Assembly: GCA_963693365.1 (NCBI GenBank)
Contig: CAVNZM010000001.1
Span: forward strand, 21,336,125 to 21,400,124
DNA from: Amoebidium appalachense
Lineage: Eukaryota > Protista > Ichthyosporea
Reading direction: 5' to 3'
DNA length: 64,000 bases
Both the position numbers and the translations under genes were made by a program. The stretch's first letter is position 1. Each line of letters opens with the position of its first letter. The notes under the pieces were generated by a model that saw only the letters and a program-made list of their open reading frames with translations, did no database searches and was not told where the DNA came from. Positions 19,998 to 31,957 of this stretch are shown here, piece after piece.

Positions 19998-20154
19998 ACA
20001 TGCGCATGCAGGAACGCACACATATTTCCTTACACTCTCGCGACCGCGTCCATGCTTTCTCTCGCGGCGGCTCTACGGTCCCGAGAGTCCAGTGTTCGCT
20101 GTGTGTGTAAGGAAAAATACGAGTCACCTCAGTAGGTGACAGGCCCCTTTTAAG

Positions 20155-20203
<49 letters not shown>

Positions 20204-20327
20204 AGGAGACACCGCCTCAGTAGGTGGTAGACACTGCAGCTGCGGAAAAGGTGTGTTATTATTATGTTCTGCCTTTTTTAATGGAAAGTTCGTGCGTACT
20301 TACGCTTTTGTAAGCATTACCAATAAT

Positions 20328-21305
20328 ATGGCTATGCAAAGCGGCCTTTTCCAAGGCACCCATGGTGCTCACACATTTACTTTCCGAAGAGGAGACGTAA
20401 GCGGTCTGAACTATGAATGTTACTTCAGAAGCATTGGAACAACGCGTTCCCAAGCTTGTACTATGCGAGTACAGAACGCAGCGAGTTCGAATTCGCAGGT
20501 GCGGTCGCTACTTTCACCAGAAATTTTAGTGCACTTTCTGGCAGAGTTTGATACCTTACCTCATGACCATCCACTGAAACACTCGTTAGAACAATACATG
20601 GTTACGCTTGACCAAACAACTCGTTTAGAACACAAGGTGAGGGTGCGGTTGGAAGATAGAGTTGCGGGGACCTTTGAGCGGGAAGAATTACTGCGTTTGT
20701 GTTCTGTGAACAGTCTCATTGAGGAAAGATTCGAGCTTGAGAATCTGCACACAATCGCTGATTCTTTTTGGGAAGAGGGACTTCAACACTGTGCAACATA
20801 CGAATTATGTGAACGGTACCTTTCCACTGTAATCGCGCGACCAATGGTGCAAGTCGAAGTACTTCCAAATGTACAGGAAAACGGAGGGAATGGTAGGAAG
20901 GCAAGCACTGGCTTTATAGACGCACTTGCGTACGTACAGAACAACAAAATAGCAGTTTGGGAAAGGCTTCGGTTCCACACGAAGGATTCTCCGCTTTGGC
21001 CACAAAATGGACTTCCCGTAGTATGCCTGCACTGTAATCGGATTTTGCTACTGTTTGGGCTTTTTGGTACCATGGATATCCTGCAAACTTGTATTTCTTT
21101 GTCTTCATTGTCATACGTATTTGTGGTCTTGCCTCGTAGTTCATCCTTTTCATGTTGCAAAAGATACCAACTTATAGGGATGCTCATCTTTTTTCCCTCC
21201 TACCTCTTCTACTTGTGTCCTGCAGCACCAACTTCCATTGGCATATACAATGTCATCATTTATGTGCCCGATACTCTTAGCTTCAGGCACTTTTGTAACA
21301 CATAA
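20328..21305 (+). CDS. Intronless AT-rich ORF with OTU-like cysteine-protease signature; probably C-terminally degenerate
   Basis: First ATG at 20328. GDVSGLNYECYFRSI resembles the OTU Cys loop (Cys codon 20418-20420) and GFIDALAYVQNNKIAVW resembles the OTU variable loop/strand. No clear catalytic H(Y/F) follows, and the last ~90 codons look non-coding. Confidence 0.45.
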   Translation: MAMQSGLFQGTHGAHTFTFRRGDVSGLNYECYFRSIGTTRSQACTMRVQNAASSNSQVRSLLSPEILVHFLAEFDTLPHDHPLKHSLEQYMVTLDQTTRLEHKVRVRLEDRVAGTFEREELLRLCSVNSLIEERFELENLHTIADSFWEEGLQHCATYELCERYLSTVIARPMVQVEVLPNVQENGGNGRKASTGFIDALAYVQNNKIAVWERLRFHTKDSPLWPQNGLPVVCLHCNRILLLFGLFGTMDILQTCISLSSLSYVFVVLPRSSSFSCCKRYQLIGMLIFFPSYLFYLCPAAPTSIGIYNVIIYVPDTLSFRHFCNT

Positions 21306-21461
21306 GGATATACTAGACATTATCACCATTATGTTTTCATGTACCAGTGGTCATGTGGACCAACCAATAAACAGAATTTTCATAATTTTAGGCACCGGCG
21401 AGCTTATGCATGCCGTAGGCAGAGCCTCAGTGCATATGTTGTAGTTAACGTTTGGCTTTAA

Positions 21462-21724
21462 AGCAAGGTCGGTATCTACCATTTTAGACACGATCGAGGA
21501 GGATTTCAAATGGGCCTGGCGCGGCTTGTGAATCTCTCGAGTCTATTGATCCCATTTACGCAATCGAGGGTGTGACGTCATCTGCGCCTCTTATTACGTC
21601 ACGCCCTCGATTGCGTAATTATGATCGATAGATTCGAGAGATTTGAAAGCCACAGCAGGCCCATTTGAAATCCTCGATCGGATTAACCTCGATCGGGTCT
21701 AAAATGGTAGATACGGAAGTTGGT
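21462..21724. mobile_element. Palindromic non-autonomous DNA transposon (MITE) with TTAA target duplication, Kolobok/piggyBac-type
   Basis: Almost the whole 263 bp is an imperfect inverted repeat (GTATCTACCATTTTAGAC...GTCTAAAATGGTAGATAC; TTACGCAATCGAGGG...CCCTCGATTGCGTAA). TTAA lies at 21458-21461 and 21725-21728. Confidence 0.8.
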
Positions 21725-22369
21725 TTAACGAATAAATGTCCAAAAATAAATTTCCTTATATACCATATATGGTATATTAGACTATTGGTCCGTTATGTCC
21801 ACACCAATCAAATTGAGTGCGGGGATGAACCATGCATGTGCATAACGGCAGATCGTAATCCCCCATACTCCCTAACTCCCGATACTCAGTGGGGGCCGAT
21901 AATCCTACATATGCAATTTGATCAATTACATAGTGAAATTTCAAAATGAACCCTTTGACCTTAACTGGACACTTTTTCCAATTATTTTTCTCCTTTGACT
22001 CGAATCTCGGAGTTAAGCCGTTGGCAATCGATGGGTGTAAAACTAAAAGACCATACATATCCTGAATTCTGTAACAATAACATGTAGGCCACTAAAGCCA
22101 GAGAAGCCAAATTCTGATATACATAGGCCTATAAAGGAATTCCTGGGTGTAGCGTGATGCGCGTTCTCCCGAAACTCCCTCCGAGTCAACGGAGCACCGT
22201 TCACACAGTGTGCACTGTACACACACACACACACAAATACACATACACGCGCACACACCCATGCAAACACACACACACACACACATACGCACACACACAC
22301 ACACACATATATATACCGTATTAACGCACATATAAGCACACACGCGCACACACGCCGACACCCACGTAA

Positions 22370-23236
22370 AATACCCAACTCAAGCTCACCATTGATTCAC
22401 TCACAGCCCAGCTAAACATTAGTGGATCGCAAAACCCCAAAACTCATGAGCAAACATCTCGCGACGGAGACATTTCCACCCCAACACAAAACAACACAGG
22501 ACCGGAAGCACAGCTCCCGGCAGAGTTCCTAGAATATGCGAACTCTCGTAAAACACCCGAGCTCCGCCAAATTGCCAAGGAAACATATGCCAGCATTCTT
22601 GCAGGCAACGAGTACCGCCGCAACTCCCCTCCCAAACCGCCGGCTAAGGGGAACACCCAAGCAAACGGTAACATCAACATCCCACCCAAATACGAGAGGG
22701 TGTATTTCAAAGTCAAGCACGGCAGACGCCCACACAGGGCCATGTGGTCCATCTTCAAGGCTCTCGGCTTCCGGTGCTCTCGCATCCTTTGTCTGTCCTT
22801 CATTGGATACGATGTGCTGGAAGTAGCAGTACGGGGCGACTATAACCGTGCGTTCATCCGTGACGCGACAAAGGGGTGTGGAAGCTTCTTCACCCACCTC
22901 CCAAGCTACGACCCATGCGCGCCGGAAAACATTCAGAAAGCAGACAAAGAACGTAAAGTGTCTGCTAAGAATGCGTGCGCCACACGTTGTCGTGTACGCA
23001 TCAGCAAGGCAAAAGAGTTCCTCGCAAAGTTGGAAAACGATGCTACGAGCGTGATAGACACGGACACGAAGGAACCAATGTTTTCTGGTGAGAAACTGCT
23101 CGAGCGCAAACGCCGATGCGAGATGGAAATCGAGCTCTTCTGCGAACTGTTCGCGCTGGCGGAAGGTCGTGCATACGACCCCGTAAGCGACAAGTGGGAA
23201 CCAACCCCACAGGTGTCGGACCAAACCGATGCCTAA
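22370..23236 (+). CDS. LINE ORF1 (frame open from 22370; first in-frame ATG only at 22742)
   Basis: Continuous open frame NTQLKLTIDSLTAQL...YERVYFKVKHGRRPHRAMWSIFKALGF..ILCLSFIGYDVLEV..YDP. Its stop (23234-23236) lies just downstream of the ORF2 ATG at 23229. Confidence 0.7.
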   Translation, partial: NTQLKLTIDSLTAQLNISGSQNPKTHEQTSRDGDISTPTQNNTGPEAQLPAEFLEYANSRKTPELRQIAKETYASILAGNEYRRNSPPKPPAKGNTQANGNINIPPKYERVYFKVKHGRRPHRAMWSIFKALGFRCSRILCLSFIGYDVLEVAVRGDYNRAFIRDATKGCGSFFTHLPSYDPCAPENIQKADKERKVSAKNACATRCRVRISKAKEFLAKLENDATSVIDTDTKEPMFSGEKLLERKRRCEMEIELFCELFALAEGRAYDPVSDKWEPTPQVSDQTDA

Positions 23237-26200
23237 TTTATCCTTCTTCTTCTGGAATGCTCGGACACTGGGCCCCCAAAAGGGCCTCCCCCCCGGGACA
23301 CTCGACGATAAAATCAGCTACATACAACAACAGACAAACAACCACACGTTTACAGTGATTTGCGAAACACAGTTTAAAAACCACCACAAATTCAACTCTA
23401 CATTGGTCGACACATCCACACACCCCGGTTACGCGAAAAACCGAGGCATTATTGTACTTGCCGCACCACACGTGAGAGTGAAGTGCAAACCGGTAGCAAA
23501 AACGGAATTCTCGGTTTCTATAGAGTTTCTTTCTAATGTTTTTACTTTTGTATATTACCCACCATCTATGTCGGTTGTCGAATTGACTCACGAGTTGTCA
23601 CAGTTACCAATGTCCACTGTTATTTTAGGTGATTTTAACACGCGACTCCACCACACAGACACACTGCAAGTGAGTGTCGGGTACCCATCTAAGCCCCCGG
23701 AGCGTGCTATCCCTTTAGCAAGGTATGTCCAAAGTCACACTTTGCGGTTCCCTCAAATATCCCATGCCCACAACACCGACTGGGGAGTGGCCTTTTGGCC
23801 ATCAACCATGTCAAAACTCTCTCTCCCTCCTAACCTCTCTGGGTCATCTGACCACTCTCCTATCCTTTTCCTACCTAAGATCTCCCTTGATCTGCTCCCC
23901 CCTCCCCCTCCCACCTTTCGCCTCCGTCTATCCCAGCTTAAGTCACAGTGGGGTAGAGTTGATGTATGTGTATGCTATGCTACGAAACACCCTATATATA
24001 TGCGCCTATTAGAATCTGCACAAGCCAGGCCAGATTCACATCTCGTACTAGATACATGCACTAACTTTATTGTTGATGATTTGATAGATCTCGGTGATTA
24101 TGCTGGCGGTGGTAGGAAGGAATATCCCGATGCTCTCTTGTTACCAAACACCACTCCCGCTAGACTAGGTGAACCCCTGTCTCAAAAGGAAAGCTTGCGC
24201 CGGCTTGCTAGTATGAATCGATTTGGCCCCCCTGCTCGTATTATTGGTGATACCACTGGAGACCCCCTCATAGACTCTGATAAGTATTTCTCGGAACTGT
24301 TTAAAGATAGGACCCCCGCTCAGAAACCTATTGTGTGGCCTGTAGACCCATCTATCCCCATAGAATCGATCCTCCCCTTTTTCAGTCCCGATGCCATATG
24401 GTCTGTGATATCTAGTTATAGCTCTAGTAAGTCTTGTGGACCTGATGGACTCCCTGCTGGGTTTCTTAAAATCCTTGTTCCCTCCTACCCACAAAAGGAA
24501 AGTGATCGTGCTATTAAACCTGATCTTACTATCATGTTAAGCTCTCTCTTTTCTTGGTGTGTTAAATGTGGACATGTCCCGTCATCTTGGTTAGATACCT
24601 TAGTGATCCCCATAGTTAAGAAGGACTCTGAGGGCCCCATATCATCCTTTCGCCCCATTACACTAACCCAGGTTGTTCGTAGATTCTTTGAAGCTTGCTT
24701 ACTTAGGTTATTTGCACATCACCCTAGGTTTCAATCTATTCTTCACATACACCCATGCCAATCCGCTTTTCGTAAAAACAATTCATGTTATGTTCAAATA
24801 ATGGCACTGCACGATTCTATGCAAGTTGGTGCACAATATGTTGGCTTTATTGATTGGAAAACTGCTTACGATTCTGTCTCCCCTGGTCTCCTATGGGAAA
24901 AGCTTGCTGCACGGGGTGTACCACACTGCATTGGTGTTCTGTTAGAAGCACTCTTGTCTCAAACCTATGGTAGAGCTGTGGTTAATGGGCATCTTTCATA
25001 TGGTTTTGCTCGTACTAGAGGTCTCTTGCAGGGTTCATTGCTTAGCCCCTTTTTGTTTAACCTATTTATAGATGATTTGGCTGTCAAGATTTACGCCGAA
25101 AACGATGACCCTATTAATAACTTTCCGCCTGCACTTCTCTATGCTGATGATCTGTCCCTCCTTGCCCGTACCCCTAGACGCCTGCAAAGATTGTTCGATG
25201 TAGTGTCAGAGTGGTGCAAGGCAAACCTTATGATCCTTAACATAGACAAATGTGGTGTTCTTGTACCTGATATAGCTAACAATTTACACACATTTACATT
25301 ATCATCTAAACCTGTACCTATAGTTCCAGAATACAAATATCTTGGTGTTCCGGTTGATTCTGTTGGTGTTATGTTTCCCCATATGGTCGAAAAGAGGGTA
25401 GAGTTAGTTGGCTCGTAAGCGGTTAGCTTTCTTCTCGGCTAATATTTTTAAAGACACACCCCTCCATCCTTCTATTAGACTTACATTTATTCGCACTTTT
25501 GTCTTCCCGGCATGTGAATATGGTTTACCCCTTCTCGCCGCTTGGATCAAGAAAGAGAGAACTAGAGCGCTTAAACCCTTGGCAAATTTCCTTGAAGCAG
25601 AAGTTGCCTCCTTTCTATCTAACAACTGTTGTAAACCTGGGCCTGTAACGCTCTCGATATATGGTCTGGTCCCAATAGCTGCTAGAGTATCCTATCTCGC
25701 GCTGAAATTCAATAAGCACATAAGCCGCTTAAAGAAGTATTTGCCCTCCCACCCTCTCTTCTCTATCCGACCTGTCCCCTCCTCACCTCTCCCCTCTTTC
25801 CTCCCCTCTCTCTCCCCTTCTCCCCTGGGCACAAATACAAATAAACCCCGCAATAGTGTGTGTGTGACTTTGGACTGCCACTTACTTATTAAACATGTAC
25901 ACAATCACAAGATAATCACGCAATATAACAAATGGAAAAAGATACCACACGACACTAGACCCGATGAAAGCATACACCTTGAAAAACTAAGCCTTATGTC
26001 TCGTTTTATATATACTGACCGCCTCAACCATATTGCCAAATATGGCACTCGCAAGTGTATAACACCTAAATACATATTACCTTCCTGTAGAACTGGTCTT
26101 TCTCTAGCTGATGGTATTATTGATCAATTACCACGCTTTTACTGTACACGTGCTATACAGTGGAGATCTAATAAGTATAAGGTGGCATCATTTGCATGCC

Positions 26201-26427
26201 CAAACAACACACACACACACCAGTTTAACCGGTCATGTATCGCCAAATGTAGTTTGATAGACCACATAATACCGCAACACACACACGTCACATTCACAAC
26301 AGACACCCAGAAAGATAGCCTACCTGTAAATTACAACATCCTTGATTTTATACTAAACACGCGTAACTACGACCTGTTTATTAGATGTATTGATTGGCTT
26401 GAGAAACACATCACTACAAAATTATAG
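23229..26427 (+). pseudogene. LINE ORF2 (apurinic endonuclease + reverse transcriptase + Cys/His-rich C-terminus) split by one frameshift near 25405
   Basis: APE motifs: WNAR, CETQ, YYPP, GDFN, SDH. RT motifs: KSCGPDG, FRPITL, QSAFR, FIDWKTAYDSV, GLLQGSLLSPFLF, YADD, YKYLG. An AGTT duplication at 25402-25409 shifts the frame; removing it restores VELARKRL. Confidence 0.93.
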
Positions 26428-26431
26428 CGCA

Positions 26432-26502
<71 letters not shown>

Positions 26503-26534
26503 CCAGCTGATACCGAGTGTCCCGAGGGGAGCCC

Positions 26535-26572
<38 letters not shown>

Positions 26573-27637
26573 GGGGAACCCCAACTAATTGATTTCTCCT
26601 TGTAGTCTTTATGGTGTCTCGTAGAGAAAGTAAACCCTGATATATAGTCACCACCCGACATCTATGTACGTGATCATGATATACCGCTGAGGGGATATTC
26701 CGAGCAAAACCCCCCCCCCATACCTGAGACTGGTTCTCTTTGCCTCGAGTAAACAGCGTAAACCCCACCCACGTTTCTTCCCATGCCAGCCGTGTTGCAA
26801 GCCATTTTTCATGGAATGCTAGGAATGCCGACCAAATACCAAAAACCACATATTATATGCCTTTGAGCATTATTATTGGCCATTAAATATTTCTATTTGA
26901 AGGGGGCAAGCAGTTTTATCTTCAGTGGTCATTTTGTCAAATAGGTAGAATCGGCCTCCTTTCAAAAGGCTAGAGTCTTTGATAAGACCTGCAGTTTGTG
27001 CAATATTCAACCACCTAAGTAGGAAATATATATAAGTATTTGAAAAAAAATAAGCTTCAGACACTCATGGGCGATAGTACGCTAATGGAGTGATGCCAAA
27101 TGTCTGTACCCGACCAGAGAGTCTGACCGATATGCGGCAGCGAGAATTTACCCCCCTCTGGTGTTGACAAAAACCGTATAAAATCATGGTGTATCGACAC
27201 TGCCACTCAGTTGATGCCCTACCTCTCGCTGTGATCCGCCAACTGTGTTTGACCTACTTAGACTCGCATCGTACAGCGTGTAACCCACCACATTGTAGAT
27301 ACCCCTTTTCTTCTTGTAACCTGTGTCTTCGCCTGTGTCCCCATACTGGCAGTGCCCAACATATTTAGAAAGCACCCAGCACACACATAGATGCATAACA
27401 GCATTCCGTCTTAACGATCCTTGACAAGGAAGGGTTTTGGTGCGTGTGTAGACAGGAATGAGCTTGCTTGGTTGGGTGCGCGAAAAGAGACAAATTAGAC
27501 GTGCCTGGTAGCCTCGCCTAGTGCAAGTTCTTCGTGCCTGCTACTGCTGCCTGCCGCGCCACAGGCACCCCCTTATATTAACGTTAAGGTCAAGTGAAAC
27601 CCGTGCTTACCACACACCCCCTCCTTCCCCAGCAACC

Positions 27638-30079
27638 ATGCACAAGCGCGCCGTGCAGCTGCTGGCCCTTGCCGCCCCGGCCTTTGCTGCCGTGGCCCCG
27701 CGCCAAGCCGGGGATGCTCCTGCCCCTGTCGTAGATAGTGCGCCTGCCCCGGCCCCAGCGCCTGTTGTGGATACCGTGGCTCCGGCACCGCTGCTGGCTG
27801 CCCCTGCCCCTGCCCCTGTTGTTGACGCCGCCCCTGCTCCTGCCCCGGCCCCAGCCCCAGCTCTCTATGTTGATGCCGCCCCAGCCCCGGCCCCGGCTCC
27901 TGTTGTTGACGCTGCCCCTGCCCCAGTGCCTGTTGCCGCTGCCCCGGCCCCAGCACCGGTCGTGGATGCAGTGGCCCCGGCGCCTGCCCCGGCCCCGGCC
28001 CCGGTTGTGGTTGCTGCCCCGGCCCCGGCTCCTGTTGTTGACGCTGCCCCTGCCCCAGTGCCTGTTGCCGCTGCCCCGGCCCCAGCACCGGTCGTGGATG
28101 CAGTTGCCCCGGCGCCTGCCCCGGCCCCGGCCCCGGCCCCGGTTGTGGTTGCTGCCCCGGCCCCGGCCCCGGCCCCTGCCCCTGTTGATGCGGCACCTGC
28201 CCCGGCCCCGGCACCCGATGTTGATGCGGCCCCTGCCCCGGCTCCCGTGGTAATTGCCCCTGCTCCCGCCCCGGTTGTTGATACAGCCCCCGCCCCCACC
28301 CCAGCCCCAGCTCCCGTGGTTGTGGCCCCAGCTCCTGCCCCGGCACCCGCCCCCGCCCCAGTTGTCGATGCGGCACCTGCCCCGGCCCCTGTTGTGGTAG
28401 CCCCGGCCCCAGCCCCAGCCCCTGCCCCTGCCCCTGTTGATGCGGCACCTGCCCCAGCTCCCGTGGTTGTGGCCCCTGCGCCAGCACCGGCACCGGCACC
28501 CGTTGTGGACTCCCCTGCCCCTGCCCCTGCCCCCGTTGTGATTGCCCCTGCACCCGCCCCGGCCCCTGCGCCAGTTGTGATTGCCCCGGCACCCGCACCC
28601 GTGGTGGTGGCCCCTGCACCTGCACCTGCACCTGCACCTGCCCCGATTGTGTTTGCGCCAGCCCCGGTCGTGCCCGTGGCCAACCCGACAGCAGCCGTGT
28701 CAGTGGTGGCGTCTCCCAAGCCCGTGCCCACAGTAATTGCGCCTGCGCCTGCGCCTGCGCCCAAGCCCACCACGTTGCCCGTCAAGCCCGGCAAGGACGT
28801 GGTGGACATTGTGGCGTCCTTCCCGCAGCTGGTGACGCTCAACGAGGACATCGACCGCACGACCGAGAAGGCCACCGAGGCCGACCTGCTGCTGGCCCTG
28901 GCCGAGCGCGGCGGCAAGACGGCGGCCACAGCCCTGCGCAAGAGCCTGGCCGACCAGGTCAAGACGCTGGCCGCCATCAAGGCTGACAAGACGACGGCCC
29001 AGATTGCCGTCTACGAGACCCTGGCCGGCCTGCAGAAGCAGCTGGCCACGGCCACCACGGCCCTGGGGGCCGCCCGCCGGGACGCCGGCAATGCCGTGGC
29101 TGTGGCCGAGGCGGCGGCCAAGGCACAGCTCAGTCAGGCTGTCAACGAGCACCGTGCAGCCGTGACAGCAGCAAGTGACCGCCAGGCCGTGGCTGCAAAG
29201 GGCGCAGATGCCGCCATGGCCACCCGTGACAGCAAGCTGGCAGCGCTGGACAAGGAGCGCGCCGCCACCATCCGCCAGTATGAGCCCCTGCTGGCCAAGG
29301 CCCAGGACAACAAGGTACGTGGGTGGGTGGGTGGGTGGTGCATGCAGGACAGCAGAAAGAGGGTGGTGCATGCAGGACAGCAGGAAGAGGGTGGTGCATG
29401 CAGGACAGCAGGAAGAGGGTGGTGCATGCAGGACAGCAGGGTGAGGGTGTGTGCGGGTTGCTAACGTGGATGCTTGCTGCAGGGCCGGGGCAACAGTCAG
29501 TTGGCCAAGCTCACGGCCGAGCTCACGTCCAAGCTGCGGGACAACGAGAAGGCACGGGAGGCGGCACGTGCTGCGTTCAAGAGCGAGACGCAGGCAGCAG
29601 CCAAGGTGGCGGACGAGGCCGAGGCAGCGCAGTCTGAGGCCGATGCCACCCTAGAGGCCAAAAAGAAGGCCATTGCCCGCCCCGTGGAGGACGTAAAGGC
29701 AGAGGTAGGACCAGGCCGCTGCAGCCCCCATTGAACACACACACACACACTGGGCCCGTGTGCTGACCTCTCACCCCCGCAGGCGACAGCCAGGATTGCG
29801 GCAGCGCAGGCGGCGCTGGACAAGGCCAAGGAGGCGGCAGCCGTGGCGGCCAACCAGGCCAAGAGTACGTTTGCCTCCAAGACCCTCATCGACCTCAAGA
29901 ACCGCACCAAAAAGGTTTGGGACGCCGTCCAGGCCCTCGCGGCACAGGCAAAGGTAACCCCCCCCCCCCCCCCCCCCTCTCCGGGGACCATGGCTGGCCA
30001 CGACCCAGCACACAGACACTTGCACACCCTCACATGCCGTGAGCTTACACTGACCCACAACCCTCCGCAGGCCCTCTAG
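27638..30079 (+). CDS. Secreted (Ala-Pro)n/VVDA-repeat protein with C-terminal Ala-rich coiled coil, 4 exons, about 692 aa; likely cell-wall or surface structural protein
   Basis: ACCATG start and signal peptide MHKRAVQLLALAAPAFA. Exons 27638-29314, 29483-29704, 29783-29953 and 30071-30079 are all phase 0 with GT-AG borders and CTRAC branch sites. Strong GC3 codon bias. Confidence 0.88.
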
Positions 30080-30559
30080 GCACCCACCGCCAAGCCAGCA
30101 GCCCATGGAGGCAGGCCATGCCTGGACCCCCTAGCGAGCAGCCGGCCGTTATTTTGTACTGACACATCGTCATAGTAGCACATATGAGCCCCTCGGGGTA
30201 TTCTATTTCAAGCGCCACTGAATGCCAGGCCACTAGCCTTGTGATGGCTGTGCCAAGGCCCTTAGTAACTAGAATGTGACATGTTGTGGGTAACAGTGCC
30301 CAACCTGGATTATACTCTGATAGCTATAGTGCTGATAATATTAATAATAATAATAAACACCTGCTGGAACAGCACTGGAAGGCTGATTACTCTGGCAACA
30401 GCATCTGACGATTTACTCTGAAATTTATAATAAACATAAGCATCTGACGACTGGAGAACCCCCCCCCCCTCCCCCCCCCCCCGGGATAATATATAACGGG
30501 CTGGCTACGGATGACGACTGCAGTTTTCCCTTGATATAATGTGTGGTACTGGTACAGGA

Positions 30560-30800
30560 CATGACGAATTCAGGGGGTTTCCCATTATAAAAAAGAGCTG
30601 TCCCACGTGATAACATGTGGTAACATCACGTGACAACTGGAGTTTTGCCATGATATAACATGTGGTAACATCACGTGACGACTGGAGTTTTCCCATGATA
30701 TAACATGTTTTTTTCCCATGATATAACATGTGCTGGTAACATCACGTGACGACTGGATTTTTCCCATGATATAACATGTGCTGGTAACATCCCACGACAT
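30560..30800. repeat. About 45-50-bp degenerate minisatellite
   Basis: TTTCCCATGATATAACATGTG(CT)GGTAACATCACGTGACGACTGGA repeated about 4-5 times. Confidence 0.85.
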
Positions 30801-31028
30801 AGTGTTACACTAGTATGTGGTGCAGTTATTGGAATGTACTCCCTTGAAGCACACGTGGGTGCTGGATTGCTCCCGTGATATGCACGTGACCACTGTGCCT
30901 TCTATGATGCCACAAGTCCAGAAAACGAATGTATGGGGTTGGGCGCGACAATAACACGTTACCGCAGCCTGAGTGCACGTGTGCAATTTTTGGGTGCTCG
31001 TGAAGGACAAAGTGTGCAGGCTTGTGTA

Positions 31029-31063
<35 letters not shown>

Positions 31064-31128
31064 ATGTGTGTGTGTGTGTGTGCGCGCGCGCGTGCCTGCG
31101 TGCCTGCGTGCGTGATCGTGCGTACCCT

Positions 31129-31168
<40 letters not shown>

Positions 31169-31714
31169 CTGTGTGTGCACGGTATTCATGTGTGTGTGTG
31201 CGCGTGAGGCCAACGTGTTACTTATTTTTGCTTCAATTTGAATTGAAACACAAGACAGGGTACACGAACACGGATACACGAACATACGCGGATACGACAA
31301 CAAATTGCGCACATGTGTGCATGTGTGTGTGGTTTTTTGATCTGCAAACACAAACCACGGTGGCGCATGCCATGCAACATTAGACGAGAGCATCAACCTG
31401 TAATCCAAAAACCACATGCAGAACAAAACAACACCTTCTTACCACGGTACCCTAAAATAAATAAATAAGCGTGCCCATCCAGGCGCTACCGGACACACTT
31501 TCGAGGTTCCACGTGCTCAAGAGCTGCTTGCTACATCCAAGTCCCCAGCCTTAGCCACCATGCAGCAATAACCCACCTGAGCATAGTGATATCAATGGGC
31601 CCCAGCTGGGGACCTGGTGTATAGTTTTGTTTAGTATGTAGTTCACGCCCGTCTGCGCCGCGTGCGCACACGTATGTGCCCCCCCCCCCCCCCCCCCCCT
31701 CCCCCGCCTTCCCC

Positions 31715-31745
<31 letters not shown>

Positions 31746-31749
31746 ACCG

Positions 31750-31796
<47 letters not shown>

Positions 31797-31924
31797 CACA
31801 CACACACACACTTACACACTGTAACACGCATTACCACGAGCACCACCACACAACCAAGGAATGGAGCCTCGGGTGGGTGGGTGATGGTGGTGGGGGAGGT
31901 GGGGGGAGGGCCCGAGGGGGGTAT

Positions 31925-31957
<33 letters not shown>

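Larger units (their letters stand above)
22370..26571 (+). mobile_element. Non-LTR retrotransposon (LINE) with ORF1, APE+RT ORF2, (CA)n-containing 3' UTR and poly-A tail; 5' end uncertain (may extend to about 22145)
   Basis: Two overlapping ORFs, canonical APE and RT motifs and an A-tract at 26539-26571. No clean TSD was found. Confidence 0.92.

Noticed and set aside
20120-20230. Poly-A tract with CCTCAGTAGGTG on both sides as a retro-insertion with TSD
   Set aside because: The second copy is not adjacent to the A-tract, so the geometry does not fit a clean TSD. Left unresolved.
22341-26442. CACGCGCACACAC on both sides of the LINE ORFs as a TSD
   Set aside because: It is a low-complexity motif that also occurs at 22246, and it would exclude the poly-A tail.
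27573-28989. Antisense GAGAGA (silk-like) and QGPG ORFs
   Set aside because: They are shadows of the plus-strand AP-repeat gene, which has the signal peptide, Kozak context and splice sites.
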